A stretch of 64,000 bases of DNA, from contig NC_088857.1 of NCBI RefSeq assembly GCF_963853765.1, positions 9,610,001 to 9,674,000 on the forward strand, given 5' to 3'. Source of the DNA: Magallana gigas. Its lineage: Eukaryota. This document shows positions 60,101 to 64,000 of the stretch, piece after piece. Below the pieces are notes generated by a model, which saw only the letters and a list, made by a program, of their open reading frames with translations, was not told where the DNA came from and searched no databases. The stretch's first letter is position 1, and each line of letters begins with the position of its first letter. A program made the translations under genes and the position numbers.

Positions 60101-60768
60101 ATCTAAGAATCCAAATGAATTATTTTAGAAGATATTGACAGTTCGCGGGAGGGGGGGGGATCCAATAATTATAAATGATTCCACTTTACAAGTCTGACAA
60201 GGCAAACAGCCAGGTTCAAGTATGTCTAGAAATCTTCCATCTGAGATTTGAGTTGTGTTTTGCTTTATACTGGATTGGTACAGAGACTTTGCTCTTGCTT
60301 AAAAAAACATGCACCATACTGACACATTTATTTATAAATTATAGGAAAAGTTCCCCTAGCAGCATTCACTGGGTTTAACTGCACATATTGCAATGTGGTC
60401 CTGAACTCTCTAGATCAACTGACTGCACACAGAGAAGGTGAGAGTCAAAGCATTGAGAAAGGGATGAAACTTCATTTCATTAGCAACTCTTGTTCTTAAA
60501 CCTCATACAAAATATATTTTGAGATAAAATGATAAATGTACCATTTAAAATAAGCTCTTTTCATATAACACTAAGATTTAGTTTGCAAGAATCATTTCCT
60601 ACAAGAATGTATGACTACATGTATGTGTATATTCTTTAATTTTCTCTTTGAGGCTAATGAAATGTTTCTTCCATTTTAGGACAAAAACATAAGACCACAG
60701 TATCAAAGCTGCAGAAACAAGGAAAGATTCAGGAAGAGTGTAAAGATGTGACGATCGTCAAAGTGTAG
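57159..60768 (+). CDS. Matrin/U1-type C2H2 zinc-finger protein (ZNF385/ZMAT/ZNF346-like), 3 fingers; exons 57159-57285, 57565-58053, 59635-59775, 60345-60437, 60680-60768. Start may be ATG 57162 or upstream
   Basis: Three C-x2-C-x12-H-x5-H fingers: CSVC...HQTGSKH, CEIC...HLMGSKH and CTYC...HRE|GQKH. A Pro/Thr/Gln-rich linker lies between fingers 1 and 2; all internal junctions are phase 1. Confidence 0.88.
59911..59997. mobile_element. 87-bp perfect hairpin (42-bp arms, 3-nt loop) in zinc-finger gene intron
   Basis: gtctcaagccacgggttttgtgtccattctatttccacaaac-caa-reverse complement. Confidence 0.85.
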
Positions 60769-63700
60769 AACACGTTAAACAATAATTTAAGGACCTTTTA
60801 GAAATATTCAATTGATTAGATTTTAAAGCGTTTTGGAAATTTACAGTACTGTTAAATATTGTACACACTAAATATAATACTTTATATTTAAAGTACATGT
60901 ATTTCAAGACTGTCGGTCAAAATTTTACAGCAGGGAATTTAGTACATATATGTAAGGTTGGTGGGATTTTATGGGCAACACAGCAAGTTCAAGTGGAATA
61001 TAATTCTTCTCTGTAGAAAGTTAAGTTTTCTGTGGACAGCTCCATATTCTATTTATGTTCTCATGCAATCATCATACTCTTCAAGAGAAATATCATGCAT
61101 GAATATTACACATCCCCTTATCATATGAAATGCTCAAGAGTTATGTTAGTTTTTCATTCATCAGTGTGTCGTTAGAGCTGTCAGTGATAATGCCTTCTGT
61201 GGTGCATTTTTTGGCACACAATTTTATTTATGTGTATTTTTCAGAGATACAAATGAATGTACATCATTTGTACAATACTTTGCAAATTGTTGAACATATA
61301 CACCTATTGCTTTGTATTACCAGGAACTGGTTTATTTTACTGATAAATTTTTATCCTGCTGTTAAAATTAAGCTTATATAATGAGTGAAATGAAATTTTG
61401 TTAATGATTTTGTTTATTCATTTAACGTCACATCTAATGTAATAAACTTTTAAGCATAAACCTATTTTTTGGGCGTCTTTGTTTAATTTTTTTAGAACCA
61501 TTTGAACAAGAGCTTGGAGTTTGGGTAGTTGTGTCAAACAGCAATGTGACGTTGCCTTGTCTATTTCATTGATTGCCACTAAGCCGTAGCTCTTTGAAAC
61601 CAACAAGATTTGTCTAGCTTTTGAGCTAAAACTATGCAATCAGTGTATATTTAGCTTGAAACCAGCATCATTTTAACCTTGTTTTGACACAAAAAAATAG
61701 ACAGTTGCAAGAAATAAACGGTTGCGTTCTACTGAAAGTCCAAGGCCTTGTTAAAATGGTTCTATGTTAAGGTGGCTAATTACACCTTGAAATAGTTTCT
61801 CAAATCAATTTATCACATACATGTATAAATCAATTTTTATATTATTATTTATAACAACAACACAAATTAGCTTTGCATAATCAAATGTTTACTTGTACAA
61901 ATAAATATACAAAAAAAAAACTTCCAACCTACAGATAAAGCTGCACAGTTACAAAAAGATCTCTGTTCTCGACTGATGCAATCTCTTGTCTTGAGTTCCC
62001 GACTACAGTAATTCCTGCTATACACTAATATCTCCCCCTTAACAGGGACAAAAACATCACAAATCTCTCTTGTAACAACATCTGTTTATCTTACACTGAG
62101 ATCCTAGCAATCTACATCACAGATTGTTTTATTGGAGAGCTTGAGACACAATGCACTCTCGGTAATGCAACGGAATCAAGCAACAAAAGGTACATATTGT
62201 TAACTGACCTTACAAGAGTTAGCCACTCTCATCAGCACTTGTAAAAAATGTTCATTGTTTTATCAAATCAATACATGCATGTAGGCAACATGATTACAAT
62301 CAATGCACCTGATAAATGTTAAAATTCAGGGTATTTTTTTTTTTGCAGAACTCAAAGTACATATACATAGAATGCAATAAATAAATGATTGCTGTTTCAA
62401 ATAAGAAAATAACTTCATACATGTAGACATTTGCTGTTGTAGTATAGACCATGTAAGAACAATGAACATACAAGTGTATATAATGAATTTTCTAAATTTT
62501 CAATAAATCCTTTTTTCTTTTAAAAACTTCAAAACATTGAGTTACCAAGCAAATATATCTAAGAAATTAATAATTAATATGCTGAACACAAAGAAAATTA
62601 AATATAATCACAACCAAGAATGTAAAATTCAGTTTTCAAATTGGATTCAATTCTGTAGAGTCGTTTAACTGTGAACAAATTATACATATATATCACTTCT
62701 ACAGAATGCTGTTGACTGTTTATAATAAAGGTTTAGTCTCCCAATCCTTCATTAAACAGCAAACTACAAATCTGTCTGCATCTACTTTGGAACACAGTAA
62801 TAATCAGCACAACTATGAAAAAACAGTTAAAAATAGTACAACCAAAAATTCCTAGTCTTTGATCTTCAATCAGTCTTGGGAAGACAGCTTGGTGTCAAAT
62901 TACATAGTACATAGTACGTAAGGAAATTCAATGGAGACAACATAATATAAATGATATGCCATTTTTTGGATTAAAAAAAACAACCAACAACAGAAAAATT
63001 AAAACAAAAATAATAAATGCCATGCTTTCTTGCCACCCTTAGGAAAATAAACAACACCATTCACAGAATAAAGGCACCAGCGTTCCCTACCTTTGTATAT
63101 CACGCATATAAATGAATTTTTAGAAAAAAGGGATTCCAATTAAGATAAATAGAATTTTGCTCATGTCTCAAGTCTAGCAGTAAATGTATCCATTACATAT
63201 TAAAAGTAAAAGTTTTGCTTTTCAATGTTGTATCATACATGTAGCATAAAATAAAATGAAAGCACTATAGCTATGTACTTAGAATTAAGTACACTTACAG
63301 TGGACAGAGAACACAGGCTGCATGGGCACTGACAGAAAAGACCATCTACCTCCATTAGTGTATCTGGACATTACAACTCTATACAAGGTGGGACAGCGGT
63401 ATTAATGGCAAGAAATGTATCACAGTAAACTTCATTAATCAGAGTCTGGCCAGGTCTGTTGACTGTGCAGTATTTAGAATGCAAAATACCCACAACTGTG
63501 TTGTCTGTACATACATGTACAATGTAAACACTACTAGTAAAAGTATAATCAATGTACAAATGTATATATTGTATGTCTTATTTCATATCTGTTATTAATA
63601 TTATTTCGTATGCCTCAGATTTCACCTCTAAAGGATTTTTGCAACTTACTTCTTAAGATTGGATTTACACACGAAATATAGAAGCACTATATACAGCATC

Positions 63701-64000
63701 TAATGGGTCACATTTTGCATGGAATTCTGGAAAAAAAGCCACAATTAATGGAATGTCTTGATTTAAAGACTTGACAATAGAGGAAGCTTTAGGGAAAAGA
63801 TCCAAGTTTCTACCAAGCAATACTTGAAGCATATCTGGAATGGCTTTTTTCAATCATACAATTTAATAAGCAATGAAGATAAAAATAAATATTCCTGACA
63901 ACTGAGTATGCAGAAAAAGCACATAAATATAGGATGAGACAGTGAGTAGTAATCTTGTAGAAATGAGTATGAATTCCTTATTAGTATATTGTTTAATATT

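Noticed and set aside
63665-63853. 62-aa minus-strand ORF near the window end
   Set aside because: No recognisable motif or supported exon chain; it could be UTR of a gene outside the window.

Overview
AT-rich eukaryotic genomic DNA with introns. The genes and repeats look like a bivalve mollusc, probably an oyster (inferred from the luqin peptide and the repeat types). Eight spliced genes could be rebuilt by hand with GT-AG junctions and consistent phases: (1) the 3' part of a tetraspanin; (2-4) a tandem trio of secreted PAN/apple-domain genes (PAN-EB-PAN, then two PAN-C-type-lectin genes); (5) a complete 13-exon SELENOO with an in-frame UGA (Sec) and a canonical SECIS in its 3' UTR; (6) an arrestin-domain (alpha-arrestin-like) gene; (7) the luqin neuropeptide precursor; (8) a gene with three matrin-type zinc fingers. 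Introns and intergenic DNA hold many non-autonomous DNA-transposon relics (TTAA-, TA-, 3-bp- and 9-bp-TSD types, Helentron-like ends, short hairpins) and microsatellites, plus one 132-N gap. The most striking pattern is three unrelated minisatellites whose units each straddle an exon-intron junction. They give 25 decoy donors behind SELENOO exon 5, 28 behind arrestin-gene exon 3, and 6 decoy acceptors before the last arrestin-gene exon. Also notable is a TTAA-flanked MITE lying between the SELENOO stop and its SECIS, which brings two AATAAA signals. Most long ORFs at 30.2-31.7 kb in the supplied track are artefacts of a repeat. All calls come from manual reading; no database was searched.
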